From Gammaproteobacteria bacterium (GTDB taxonomy: Bacteria > Pseudomonadota > Gammaproteobacteria > JBCCGL01): a stretch of 64,000 nucleotides of DNA. Below the pieces are notes generated by a model, which saw only the letters and a program-made list of their open reading frames with translations, was not told the DNA's origin and did no database searches. The position numbers were made by a program, and so were the translations under genes. Below are positions 9,163 through 19,277 of this stretch, piece by piece; within the stretch, counting starts at the first letter, position 1, and each line of letters opens with the position of its first letter. The stretch spans positions 864,001 through 928,000 of the forward strand of contig OZ255836.1 in assembly GCA_965277715.1 (NCBI GenBank), in the 5' to 3' direction.

Positions 9163-9341
9163 AATCTAAATTCCGCAGTTGAATCTACTGCGAGCACCTA
9201 ATGCACAGAATCTAAAGCGCTTTTACCCGCATTTCAGCTTCACCTGTAGAATCACTACAGGATGGCTAAAATGCGGGTAAAAACACTTCATCTTCAGCAC
9301 CTTAGACGCCCTCGCTACGATTCAACTGCGGAATTTAGGAT
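9163..9341. mobile_element. MITE-like palindromic element family A, full-length copy A1 (179 bp)
   Basis: About 23-bp terminal inverted repeats (AATCTAAATTCCGCAGTTGAATC / GATTCAACTGCGGAATTTAGGAT) and nested stems (TTTTACCCGCATTT/AAATGCGGGTAAAA, CCTGTAG/CTACAGG). Homologues at 10656-10731 and 57135-57251. Confidence 0.85.
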
Positions 9342-10580
9342 AATCGATTCCATCGAGCGCAAAAAACGCATCACTTCATCAAGTGAGTTGTAGTGGCACA
9401 TGGATACACGCACACAGGTTTTTCTATTGAGAGGGGTGAGGATATTGCCAGAGAAATAGTCGTTTTTGCGCACATGGGTGCGCACACCGTCGGCGTTGAG
9501 TTTGCTGACGACCTCGGCAGAGGGAACACCCTCCACAGCCAATGACACCAGGCCTTCACGGTGCGGATTGTCGCAACCGCCCAGCACAAAGACTTCTGGC
9601 ATATCACGCAGGCCACTTTGCCCGTCAGCGCCGTTTATCATGGCATCGACAAGCCCCGCTTCGTGCGCGCTCATCGCTGCGCCTGCCGCTAACAGTCGTT
9701 CACGTCGGTCTGTTGAGTCAGTAAACTGTGCTCCCAGCCAATCAAGGTAGTTAACCACTTCAGAAAACGTGGCAAATGCTGAGGTGTCGCGGGTGCCCAG
9801 CTCCCAGAAGTTATCCGCCGTGCCGTCGAGTTTGTCGTGCGCTAACAGGCTCAGTTTTGGCGATAACCAGGCCACGCCATAGTTGTGTTTGGAAAACACT
9901 TTGTACGCCGAAACGGCAAACCCATCGATGTTGTAGGCATCCACATCCACCGCGCCGTGGGCGGCGTGCTGAATGCCATCGACAACGATAAGGCAGTCTG
10001 GTGAAACAGCGCGAATCACGCCGACGACGGCGTTTATATCCACCGCCATCCCGGTAACCGGGCTGGTTTGAATAATGGTGGCGACACGTGTATCGGCGGT
10101 AACGTATTGGCGGTAGTCATCCGCTGTGACTGTGGCTGTTTCGTTGTTGTGTGGAACGGCAATATACCGCTTGCCGGTGATGCCCGCCCAACGCTTGCAG
10201 GCGCTGACAGTCGCCGGGTGCTCCAGGGTGCTGCCGAGTACTGCACCGCCGTCTGCAGCGCCGAGCACAGCGGCACGCACCAGTCGAAACAATAATTCGG
10301 TGCCGCTTTCACCAACAAAAACCAACCCTTGTTGGGTGCCGAGAAATGTCATCATATCCTGGCGCGCCTGGTCGATGATCCTCACCAGTTCGTGTGATGC
10401 CGGGTTATCACGTCCCTGATTGTCGGGTATTGCCGAGAGGTGTGTATTGACCTCGACTACCGATTTGAGGGTGAGGGAACCACCGGCATTTTCAAAAAAA
10501 GCCCGTGGCCCCTGATAAGGGCAGCTATCGACATGGTGAAATTTATTGCGGATTTCGCTGAGCAGTTGGTCTTTAAACAT
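9315..10580 (-). CDS. Aminotransferase class V / cysteine-desulfurase-like PLP enzyme
   Basis: FFENAGGS, LEHPA, VVDGIQHAAHG, SAYKVF (PLP lysine), ELGT, VRVSMCHYN. The last 8 residues and the stop come from repeat A1. Confidence 0.88.
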   Translation of the reverse strand: MFKDQLLSEIRNKFHHVDSCPYQGPRAFFENAGGSLTLKSVVEVNTHLSAIPDNQGRDNPASHELVRIIDQARQDMMTFLGTQQGLVFVGESGTELLFRLVRAAVLGAADGGAVLGSTLEHPATVSACKRWAGITGKRYIAVPHNNETATVTADDYRQYVTADTRVATIIQTSPVTGMAVDINAVVGVIRAVSPDCLIVVDGIQHAAHGAVDVDAYNIDGFAVSAYKVFSKHNYGVAWLSPKLSLLAHDKLDGTADNFWELGTRDTSAFATFSEVVNYLDWLGAQFTDSTDRRERLLAAGAAMSAHEAGLVDAMINGADGQSGLRDMPEVFVLGGCDNPHREGLVSLAVEGVPSAEVVSKLNADGVRTHVRKNDYFSGNILTPLNRKTCVRVSMCHYNSLDEVMRFLRSMESIILNSAVES

Positions 10581-10655
10581 AATTTATAATCGAGGAGTTT
10601 TGAAAGTCGGGTTTTGCGCGCAGTGTAACCTAACGGGTACTGTCGGCAACGGTTA

Positions 10656-10731
10656 AACCTAAATTCCGCCGTTGAATCGTAGCGAGGGCGTCTAAGGTGC
10701 TCGCAGTAGATTCAACGGCGGAATTTAGGTT
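10656..10731. mobile_element. Family A element, internally deleted copy A2 (76 bp), inverted relative to A1
   Basis: Perfect 23-bp inverted repeats AACCTAAATTCCGCCGTTGAATC / GATTCAACGGCGGAATTTAGGTT. Interior equals A1 minus the segment between two AGGTGCT direct repeats. Confidence 0.88.
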
Positions 10732-10759
10732 AAAGGTGGGTCGTGTTTACATACTGTTT

Positions 10760-12307
10760 TTACCATTTGCATAACATCGGATTGTCCACTGTGCGCTGTG
10801 GTGGAAATTGTGTTGCCAAAATGTCCATCAGTGCGTGTTTCACCGCGTGTGATTCGGGGTGGTGGAATAAATTGATGTGTTCATCCGGGTCTGTTTCCAG
10901 GTTAAACATTTCTCCCCAGTGTGGACTGTCCGGGTAAATGCTTAGCCGCCACTTTTTCGTGCGCACGCTTTGGTTATACAGCTCGGGTTTTGCGGTGGGG
11001 TGGTATTCGCCAAAATTGGCATCGCGGTGCCACTCACCCCGATTTATTAGGGCGCTATCGGCTAATAACGGCAACATCGATTGACCATCGAACGACAAAT
11101 AGTTGTCTGCCACCCCCGCCAATTGCATAAAGGTGGGGGTCAGGTCGATATGGTTAGTCAGTGCATTCTGCACTTGATTGGTTTGAATGCCCGGCCCTTT
11201 TATCAATAGGGCAACCTCTACCAACTGACGGTAAGCGGGCGGCCCTTTGTGCAATAAGCCGTGGGTGCCGAGCAGCTCGCCGTGGTCTGAGGTAAACACG
11301 ATAAAGGTGTTATCCGCCCGGCCCTGTTGTTCCAGGGTTTTTAGAATGCGGCCAATGCCGTCGTCGATCATTTCAATCATCGCATAGGTATGTGCAATGG
11401 CGCGTCGCATCGATGTATCGCTGACACCATGCGTGGCGATCATTGATCCCGCTTCCTGGTCGGGCAGCCCTGCCCAGTAGAGCTCACGAAAACCCCGGTC
11501 TGTGGGGAAGAGTTTGGTGTAGTAATCGGGGAGATTATCCAGCTCATCGGGGTCGACACGCGGCAGCGGCATTTTTTCAGGGTCGTAGCGGTCAGCGTAT
11601 TCGCCCGGCGGAGCAAATGGGTGGTGTGGATCGGGGTAAGAGACAAACATAAAGAATGGTTTATCGTCATCTGCCTGCCGGATAAAGTGTGATGCCCGCT
11701 CGCTGATCCAGGTGTTGTAGTGCAATTCTGCTGGTATCGCTGAGCGCCATATTTCATCCAGGTCGGGCGGGGGGGCTTCGGTTGCCTGGCTCGCCTTTAG
11801 TAGCTGTGCTGCACCGGGGGCGGTGTTCTGGAGCCATTGTGCGTAGTGACCGGAAATGGCTGCTGTATCGGATTCACCCAGCAATAGATCGAGAGTTTGA
11901 AAGCCGTAATAGGGACCATTCCATTTAGTCGCATCGCCGGAGCGCCAGAAGGCGCGTGAGTCGGGCATATTGTGTTCAGCGGGGGCCAGCAGAGGTTGTA
12001 AGTGCTGTTTGCCAACGCTGTGGGTGCGGTAACCGGCATCGGCGAGTAAACGGGTGAGTGTTGGGATTTGCGGATCGAGTGCCCGGCCATTAGTGATGAG
12101 TTGGTGGTTGCGTGGGTACAGGCCGGTAAACAGGGTTGCCCGGCTGGGTGAGCATATCTGCATGGGGGTGATATGCCGGGTAAACCGGGTGCCTGTAGCG
12201 GCGATGGAATCGATATTTGGCGTGTTGACGATAGTGTTACCGTAGCAACCCAGGCTGTCGGCGCGCTGTTGGTCGGTGCATATCCAGATAATATTGGGTT
12301 GTTTCAT
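10760..12307 (-). CDS. Formylglycine-dependent (Cys-type) sulfatase
   Basis: PNIIWICTDQQR, CSPSRATLFTG (CxPxR), VGKQHL, PHHPF, FTSDHGE...HKG. Confidence 0.92.
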   Translation of the reverse strand: MKQPNIIWICTDQQRADSLGCYGNTIVNTPNIDSIAATGTRFTRHITPMQICSPSRATLFTGLYPRNHQLITNGRALDPQIPTLTRLLADAGYRTHSVGKQHLQPLLAPAEHNMPDSRAFWRSGDATKWNGPYYGFQTLDLLLGESDTAAISGHYAQWLQNTAPGAAQLLKASQATEAPPPDLDEIWRSAIPAELHYNTWISERASHFIRQADDDKPFFMFVSYPDPHHPFAPPGEYADRYDPEKMPLPRVDPDELDNLPDYYTKLFPTDRGFRELYWAGLPDQEAGSMIATHGVSDTSMRRAIAHTYAMIEMIDDGIGRILKTLEQQGRADNTFIVFTSDHGELLGTHGLLHKGPPAYRQLVEVALLIKGPGIQTNQVQNALTNHIDLTPTFMQLAGVADNYLSFDGQSMLPLLADSALINRGEWHRDANFGEYHPTAKPELYNQSVRTKKWRLSIYPDSPHWGEMFNLETDPDEHINLFHHPESHAVKHALMDILATQFPPQRTVDNPMLCKW

Positions 12308-12492
12308 ACTGATGGGGCATAGGAAAAATGGGGCAACAACAATAATTCAGTTGTGCCATGAGTCAACTGATTAATTCAGTCAGCCCTGACAAACCGCCTT
12401 CGACGAGTTCTCTTCGCCACTGAGACAGTGGATTCGAGTTGTGCCGTCATCGGTGCCCCTCGATCCTGTTTTACAAAATTGACGGCGTACTA

Positions 12493-12535
12493 GATCCCAT
12501 GCATTAACTTGCACACAAGTAAATACGTGATGTCC
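12493..12535. repeat. Short palindromic element family D, degenerate copy
   Basis: Shares the exact 17-mer ATTAACTTGCACACAAG and flanking CCATG...TACRTG with the reverse complement of 60007-60048. Confidence 0.7.
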
Positions 12536-12573
12536 AGAAGGTGAGAAATTTTCCAGATTCAATGATCCTTACT

Positions 12574-13476
12574 TTAGGTTGGTTGGGTGTGATCGCCAGG
12601 AACGTCTTCCTTCTTTTTATTGTGCTTGGCAGGGGAGCGCTCGAATATAATAAAGGCGACACCCGCAATGATTATCCCTCCGCCTACTGCAATTTGTAAT
12701 GTTAGTTGTTCACCCAACACTAATGTGCTGCCAGCAATTGAAAACACCGGTAGCAACAATAAAAATGGGCCAATTTTATTCACTGGAAACTTACCTACCA
12801 GGTGGTACCAGATAGCGTAACCCAGCGCTGTCATCACCAAACCGAGGTAGACAACTGTCAACCAAACGATCCAATCGGCATCGTTGATCACCTGGAAGTG
12901 GTTGTCTTCGACGATAAACGACACGATAAATAATTGAGGTGTGGCGAAAACAGCTACCCAGGTAATCAGAGTAAAACCGCCGACCTGGCCGAGCTGCCTG
13001 ATCATCACCTGCCCAACAGCCCATAGGAAGGCACCTATCATGACCATCACCATCGGTATATAGGCATTCTGCAACGTTGGTTCACCCGCAATGAACCCAA
13101 CGCCAATAAACGCGAAGGCAATCCCCAGGTATTTCTTTAGCCCAGGCTTTTCAGCAAGAAAAAATGCACCGAGCAACACCATAAAAGGGACTTCAAGCTG
13201 TACTAATAGTGCCGCTGTGGAAGCATCCAGATACATGAGACCTGTGAACGTGAATGCATACTGCAATACAGCGGATACAAGAGAAATAAGAAATATCTTT
13301 CCCATTATTCGCCATGGGGGTTTTACAAACCAAATCGCTACCAGCGCAGTGACTTCAAAGCGTAATGCCATCAGCAGTATAGGGGGAAATTGCTCCAGGG
13401 CTGCCTTGGCAAACACAAATCCAAACCCCCATATCAAAGGTACGGAAATAGCGAGCAGAATGTCTCGTATGGGCAT
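12574..13476 (-). CDS. EamA/DMT-family transporter
   Basis: 300 aa, about 10 hydrophobic segments; IWGFGFVFAK...PPILLMALRF; duplicated EamA pattern. Confidence 0.92.
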   Translation of the reverse strand: MPIRDILLAISVPLIWGFGFVFAKAALEQFPPILLMALRFEVTALVAIWFVKPPWRIMGKIFLISLVSAVLQYAFTFTGLMYLDASTAALLVQLEVPFMVLLGAFFLAEKPGLKKYLGIAFAFIGVGFIAGEPTLQNAYIPMVMVMIGAFLWAVGQVMIRQLGQVGGFTLITWVAVFATPQLFIVSFIVEDNHFQVINDADWIVWLTVVYLGLVMTALGYAIWYHLVGKFPVNKIGPFLLLLPVFSIAGSTLVLGEQLTLQIAVGGGIIIAGVAFIIFERSPAKHNKKKEDVPGDHTQPT

Positions 13477-13569
13477 GGCACTTAAGCGGAGATGCTCAAA
13501 AGATCTGGATGATGTAGCGGTAGTGTCGGATTATCTAACAAATTTGCAACCTCGTAATATCGGGCTGTG

Positions 13570-14727
13570 CTATGCACAGGCTTCTATACAGTATTGATGA
13601 ATGAGTGAACGCAGCAACTCGACTGTTGGGTCGATGCGGTCGAGCCGCAGGTATTCATTGGGTTGATGTGCCGTACTAATATCGCCAGGCCCGAGAACGA
13701 TAACCTCCATGCCCATTTTTTGGTAATAGGGTGCCTCAGTACCAAACGATACCGCCTCAGCAGGGTGGCCAGTGAGCTTTTCGGCAGCGCGCACTATCGA
13801 GGCATCGACGGGTGTCTCCATTGGGTAAATCCCGTTGAACGGCAGCGTAAATTCCAATTTCAATCCGGTGTCACTGACAGCGTTAACCAGCCGTTGGTGA
13901 ACCGTGTTTTGTAATTCCTCGATATTCATGCCCGGCAGAGGGCGCAAGTCAAAGGTGAGCTCGCAGTTGCCGCAAATGCGATTGGGGTTATCGCCGCCAT
14001 GTATGTGGCCAAGATTGAGTGTGGGTACGGGCACCTGAAACGCTGAGTTTTTATAGCGGGCCTGTAATTCTGTACGGATTGCCAATAGTTCGCCTATTAT
14101 GCAGTACATCCCTTCCATGGCATTATTTCCCAACGATGGGTCACTGGAGTGACCGCTGCGTCCCGTTAACCGAATACCGTCGGAGATCGCTCCCTTGTGC
14201 ATACGTACGGGGCGCAGGTTGGTGGGTTCACCAATAACGGCAAAATCGGCCAGTGTCCGTTGTGTGTTGAGCAGCGCTTTGGCGCCACTCATCCCGCTTT
14301 CTTCATCGGCGCTGGCGAGTAGTGTCAGGGGTTTTTTAAAGTCGTTTGGGTCAAAATGACTGGCGGCTTCCAGCGCGATAGCCAGAAATGCTTTCATATC
14401 GGTAGTGCCAAGCCCAAACAGACAGCCATCGCGCTCGGTGGTGGTAAACGGATCTGACTGCCATAGTGCCTCGTTAAAGGGAACGGTGTCAGTATGCCCG
14501 GCTAATACCAGCCCGCCGCTTCCCTGGCCCAGTTTTGCCACCATATTAGAGTGTCCGGGTTTGTTTTCTATCGGCATTATTTCCACTGCAAAGCCACTGT
14601 CGCTGCACCAATTGGCCAGCGCATGGGTTACCGCTTCGTTACCCATATCGATGGCAGGTATTACGCTGCTCACCGAAGGGATGGCGATAAGCCTGGCTAT
14701 CATTTGTGTTATATCAGGGATTGGCAT
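13570..14727 (-). CDS. argE: Acetylornithine deacetylase
   Basis: M20 motifs LAGHTDTVP, GLGTTDMK, ADEESGM, GEPT, GHSSDP, GGDNPNRICG, AHQPNEY. Confidence 0.92.
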   Translation of the reverse strand: MPIPDITQMIARLIAIPSVSSVIPAIDMGNEAVTHALANWCSDSGFAVEIMPIENKPGHSNMVAKLGQGSGGLVLAGHTDTVPFNEALWQSDPFTTTERDGCLFGLGTTDMKAFLAIALEAASHFDPNDFKKPLTLLASADEESGMSGAKALLNTQRTLADFAVIGEPTNLRPVRMHKGAISDGIRLTGRSGHSSDPSLGNNAMEGMYCIIGELLAIRTELQARYKNSAFQVPVPTLNLGHIHGGDNPNRICGNCELTFDLRPLPGMNIEELQNTVHQRLVNAVSDTGLKLEFTLPFNGIYPMETPVDASIVRAAEKLTGHPAEAVSFGTEAPYYQKMGMEVIVLGPGDISTAHQPNEYLRLDRIDPTVELLRSLIHQYCIEACA

Positions 14728-14762
14728 AGGAGGATTTTCCGGTGTGAAACAGTTTCCTGGGG

Positions 14763-16600
14763 TTATGCATTGAGTTGTTCGATACCAACCGGTTCGCTAA
14801 GGTAAAACCCCTGAACACAATCGATACCCATTGCCTTGACCAGTTGAAACGTCGCTTTATCTTCTACTTGCTCGGCAATAGTATGCATATTTAACGAATG
14901 CCCCAAGTCATTGATTGAAGCCATCATTTTGGCCTCAACGGGATTGGATGTAGCGTTTTTTACAAATGCGCCATCAATTTTTAAAATATCGACCGTGAAA
15001 TGGCGTAGATAATTGTAACAGGTGAGGCCAGAACCGAAATCGTCCAGCGCCACCAGGCAACCCAGTGCGCGTAGGCGGTTGATAAAAACCGCCGCCTGCG
15101 CAATATCAACAATACCAATGCTTTCGGTTATTTCAAAACAAAGCTTATGTGCAGGTAACGTAGTGGTTGCAACGCGCTCGATCAGGAACTGCTGAAAAGA
15201 AGGGTTTTCAATTGAATCTGCCGATAAATTAATGGCAATGCAATCGACTTGTTGCTCGATAAAGGTACGCTGCGAATGCATCCAGTCAAGTACTTGTGTT
15301 ACCACCCAGTGATCCACCCTTGTCGATAGACCGTGGCGGGCTGCTATGTTTAGCACACCTTCGATTGAGCCGGTATCGGGTGCGTTATCACCAAGCCGTA
15401 GCAGTATTTCAAAGCTACGGCATTGGTTGCTATTGTTGAAGGGGAAAATTTCCTGTGCCGCTAATTTTAAGTCATTCGATTCAATTGCTGCCCGCAACCA
15501 ATTTATCAACAACATTTCAGCCTGTTCCGCTGCAACAAAATGGCCGATCTCGGTGTAGTCGCACACAGTCGATACAGCGCTTTTCTTGGCGAAATAGCAC
15601 GCCTGATCGGCCCGTGCCATAGCATCACTGGTGCTGAGTTTGGTTTGCTCAAGAGAGTATAAGCCCATACTCAAGTGGGCAAATTCGCTATCCGATACTC
15701 TTCGTGAGCGTGTGCCTTTTATTTGGTTACATATTTGCTCACATATGCCACGTGCCTGTTTAATACTACTGTTTTTAAACAATATACAGAACTCATAATC
15801 CCCCATCCGGGCGCAGACGTGCTCACTGCCAATGCTTGCCTTAATCATATTGGCAACTTTGCATAGGTACTCGTCGCCAGCATTGTGGCCATATGTATCG
15901 TTAAGTTTTTTAAATCCGTTGACGTCTGAGTAGCACAGCACATGCGTATGTACTGCCGGGTCGAGACTGTTTAGGCAATTGCGTAGGTGGTGTTCAAATT
16001 CGCGGCGGTTGAATAATCCAGTCAGAGGATCATGTGAGGCATCGTATTGGAGTTGTTGGGTATGCTGTTCAAACCGCTCATTGTTAACCGCATTTGAAAT
16101 TTTGGTAGCAGCCATTGAAGCGATAGTGGTCATCACTTCAAGGTGTTCTTCAGTATAAAAGCCCGCATCTGGGTGTTCGGAGCCAATAACACCGATTACT
16201 GCATCATCACATATAATTGGTACGGCGATTTCGGATAAACGCGTTTCGTCATCAACGATATAGCGAGAATCTAGGCGCGTATCCATAACGATTTCAGCGG
16301 TTCCATGTTGTGCTACTTGTCCGACAATTCCCTGTCCGGTTTTGATGGTAATAGGATTGAGTATATCCAATTCAGCCGGGTTTTTAGGGCCGTGTGCAGC
16401 GCGTTGGCTAAGGGTCTCGCCATCGCTTTCGAGTAAGTAAATAATACAATCTTTAAAGCCGATATTAGCAATTGCAGTTTTGGCAACCAACCATAAAACC
16501 TCATTGAGTTCAGTGGTACGCAGTAGCTTGAGTGCGTACTCATTAACAACCTCCAAATGCCGGGATTTTTGCTTTAAGCGTGTAAAATTCAGTTTGTCCA
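14763..16600 (-). CDS. GAF-GGDEF(degenerate)-EAL protein, probable c-di-GMP phosphodiesterase
   Basis: GAF (GQGIVGQVA...SEIAVPI), HDPLTGLFNRR, A-site MGDYEF, EAL domain (FEILLRL, EITE, DDFGSG, KIDG, QGF). Start may be 16600 or 16628. Confidence 0.88.
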
Positions 16601-16795
16601 TCCGTATATAGTCGTTAGTAGCCGCCACTATACGGCGAGAAATTAGGATAAACCTTAGTGTAGTTGATAAATAATTCTATATCATTTTCATTTTTTCTGG
16701 GTTTAAAACTTAAACCCAAGGTCACCTAGTTGCTTATATCAACACCAATCGGGGTACAATAAGCCACTAAGATAAAACCAACTTGGAGGCTTTTT

Positions 16796-18643
16796 ATGCC
16801 CGAATACCGCTCACGTACTACCACACACGGTCGCAATATGGCTGGGGCGCGCTCGCTTTGGCGGGCCACTGGTATGCAAGACGACGACTTTAATAAGCCG
16901 ATTATCGCTATATCAAACTCGTTTACACAGTTTGTCCCAGGCCATGTTCATCTGAAAGATATGGGGCAGCTAGTTGCCCGTGAAATCGAGAAGGCAGGCG
17001 GCGTTGCCAAAGAATTCAACACAATTGCCGTCGATGATGGTATTGCCATGGGGCATGGCGGTATGTTGTACAGCCTGCCCTCGCGGGAAATTATTTCCGA
17101 TGCGGTCGAATACATGGTCAACGCGCATTGTGCTGATGCGTTGGTGTGCATATCGAATTGCGACAAAATTACTCCCGGTATGCTCAATGCTGCGATGCGA
17201 TTGAATATACCCACGGTATTTGTTTCCGGTGGGCCGATGGAATCTGGCAAAGCAATGATGAAAGGCGTTGAAGTCAGGCTCGATTTGGTGGATGCGATGA
17301 TCGGTGCCGCCAACCCAAATGAAACAGATGAAGATGTCAAGACGATGGAGCGCAGTGCCTGCCCAACATGTGGGTCATGCTCTGGTATGTTCACCGCCAA
17401 CTCAATGAATTGCCTAACCGAAGCGTTGGGTTTATCACTGCCCGGCAATGGCTCAATGCTGGCTACGCACGCTGACCGCGAACGACTGTTTCTGGAAGCA
17501 GGACGTATGATTGTGGCGTTGTCTAAACGTTACTACGAGCAGGACGACGACACTGTACTACCGCGTTCGATTGCCAACTTTCAGGCATTTGAGAATGCCA
17601 TGTGTATGGACATTGCAATGGGTGGATCAAGCAACACGATATTACATCTGCTGGCGGCGGCAGAAGAGGGCGAGGTCGGGTTTTCACTGACTGACATCGA
17701 CCGGCTCTCCCGCAAAGTGCCCCACTTGTGCAAGGTGGCACCGTCGATTAAAAAATACCATATGGAGGATGTACACCGTGCCGGGGGCGTATTTGGCATT
17801 CTCGGTGAATTAGGGCGTGCTGGTTTGCTAAATCAGGAGGTAAGTACCATTCATGCCGATACGCTACGCGAAGCGTTGGCACTATGGGATGTGCGCGTTA
17901 CTGAAGATGAAAAACGCCGTACATTTTTTCGTGCCGGGCCAGGCGGTGTGCCCACACAAACTGCATTTTCACAAAGTCGCCGCTGGGATACGCTGGATAT
18001 CGACCGGCAAAATGGCTGTATCCGTGAAAAACAGTACGCCTATAGCCAGGATGGTGGCCTCGCGGTGCTGTACGGCAATATTGCCGAAGAGGGGTGTGTG
18101 GTCAAAACCGCTGGTGTTGATGAGAGCATTCTGACTTTTTCTGGCCCTGCACGCATAATGGAAAGCCAGGATGTGGCGATGCAGGCGATTCTCGATGGTG
18201 AAATTAAATCCGGCGATGTGGTATTGATCCGTTACGAAGGGCCAAAAGGTGGCCCCGGTATGCAGGAGATGCTCTACCCCACAAGCTATCTCAAATCGAT
18301 GGGATTGGGCAAAGTGTGCGCGCTATTGACCGATGGCCGCTTCTCCGGTGCCACTTCAGGTTTGTCCGTGGGGCATGTTTCACCGGAGGCGGCTGAAGGC
18401 GGTGCGATAGGTCTGGTCGAGGAAGGCGATATTATCGAATTTGATATTCCCAATCGCCGTGTCAATGTCAAGCTGAGTGACAGTGAATTGCAGGCGCGGC
18501 GCACGTCGATGGAAGCGCGGGGTAAAGCCGCGTGGAAACCAGCAAACCGTGAGCGCAAGGTAAGCCAGGCATTGTGGGCTTATGCGGCGTTGACGACTTC
18601 AGCTTCGCGTGGTGCGGTGCGCGATGTTAGCCAGCTAGGCTAA
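16796..18643 (+). CDS. ilvD: Dihydroxy-acid dehydratase
   Basis: [52 protein letters not shown]. Confidence 0.98.
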   Translation: MPEYRSRTTTHGRNMAGARSLWRATGMQDDDFNKPIIAISNSFTQFVPGHVHLKDMGQLVAREIEKAGGVAKEFNTIAVDDGIAMGHGGMLYSLPSREIISDAVEYMVNAHCADALVCISNCDKITPGMLNAAMRLNIPTVFVSGGPMESGKAMMKGVEVRLDLVDAMIGAANPNETDEDVKTMERSACPTCGSCSGMFTANSMNCLTEALGLSLPGNGSMLATHADRERLFLEAGRMIVALSKRYYEQDDDTVLPRSIANFQAFENAMCMDIAMGGSSNTILHLLAAAEEGEVGFSLTDIDRLSRKVPHLCKVAPSIKKYHMEDVHRAGGVFGILGELGRAGLLNQEVSTIHADTLREALALWDVRVTEDEKRRTFFRAGPGGVPTQTAFSQSRRWDTLDIDRQNGCIREKQYAYSQDGGLAVLYGNIAEEGCVVKTAGVDESILTFSGPARIMESQDVAMQAILDGEIKSGDVVLIRYEGPKGGPGMQEMLYPTSYLKSMGLGKVCALLTDGRFSGATSGLSVGHVSPEAAEGGAIGLVEEGDIIEFDIPNRRVNVKLSDSELQARRTSMEARGKAAWKPANRERKVSQALWAYAALTTSASRGAVRDVSQLG

Positions 18644-18664
18644 CATCTTTTTTGAGGGCGATTG

Positions 18665-18704
18665 TTGACAGTAAACTCAGTGGTAATTTAGACTCCGTCT
18701 AAAT
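18665..18704 (+). promoter_or_regulatory. Sigma70-like promoter of rubrerythrin with an overlapping ICE-like (Irr/Fur-family) operator
   Basis: TTGACA (18665-18670), 18 bp, TAGACT (18689-18694). Palindrome ATTTAGAC-TCC-GTCTAAAT (18686-18704) overlaps the -10. Confidence 0.7.
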
Positions 18705-18755
18705 CGAGGCAAGGCGTCGATTCTTTACCTTAACGTATATTGGAGAGCTAAATTT

Positions 18756-19175
18756 ATGTCACTTAAAGGCAGTAAAACAGAGCAAAACTTAAAAGATGCA
18801 TTCGCAGGTGAGTCTCAGGCGAACCGACGTTACCTCTATTTTGCAGCCAAGGCTGATGTGGAAGGTTACAACGATGTCGCCGCCGTATTTCGCTCCACCG
18901 CAGAAGGTGAAACAGGCCATGCACACGGCCATCTTGAATACCTTGAAGAGACCGGTGATCCGGCAACGGGTTTGCCGATTGGCGCCACTTCAGACAATTT
19001 GAAAGCGGCGATTGCCGGCGAGACACATGAGTACACCGATATGTATCCTGGCATGGCCAAGTCTGCACGTGACGAAGGTTTTGATGAAGTGGCCGATTGG
19101 ATGGAAACACTGGCTAAAGCCGAGCGCTCCCATGCAAACCGTTTCCAAAAAGCGCTGGATACACTTGACGATTAA
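18756..19175 (+). CDS. Short rubrerythrin (no rubredoxin domain)
   Basis: [51 protein letters not shown] di-iron ExxH pairs; 139 aa. Confidence 0.95.
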   Translation: MSLKGSKTEQNLKDAFAGESQANRRYLYFAAKADVEGYNDVAAVFRSTAEGETGHAHGHLEYLEETGDPATGLPIGATSDNLKAAIAGETHEYTDMYPGMAKSARDEGFDEVADWMETLAKAERSHANRFQKALDTLDD

Positions 19176-19218
19176 ATGATAAAACCGTATCGCTTATTGC
19201 GGGTTTAATTGTTGTAAT

Positions 19219-19254
19219 AGGCGGGTTCGGATTTTTTCCGAACCCGCCTTTTTT
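19219..19254 (+). terminator. Intrinsic terminator between rubrerythrin and the Fe-S oxidoreductase
   Basis: 13-bp stem AGGCGGGTTCGGA / TCCGAACCCGCCT followed by a T-tract. Confidence 0.8.
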
Positions 19255-19277
19255 ATGTTAACTCTACGAGGTCAAAC

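Noticed and set aside
9141-9197. N-terminal extension MLAVDSTAEFR... of the ABM ORF
   Set aside because: It is read from the arm of repeat A1; the family-typical start is ATG 9140.
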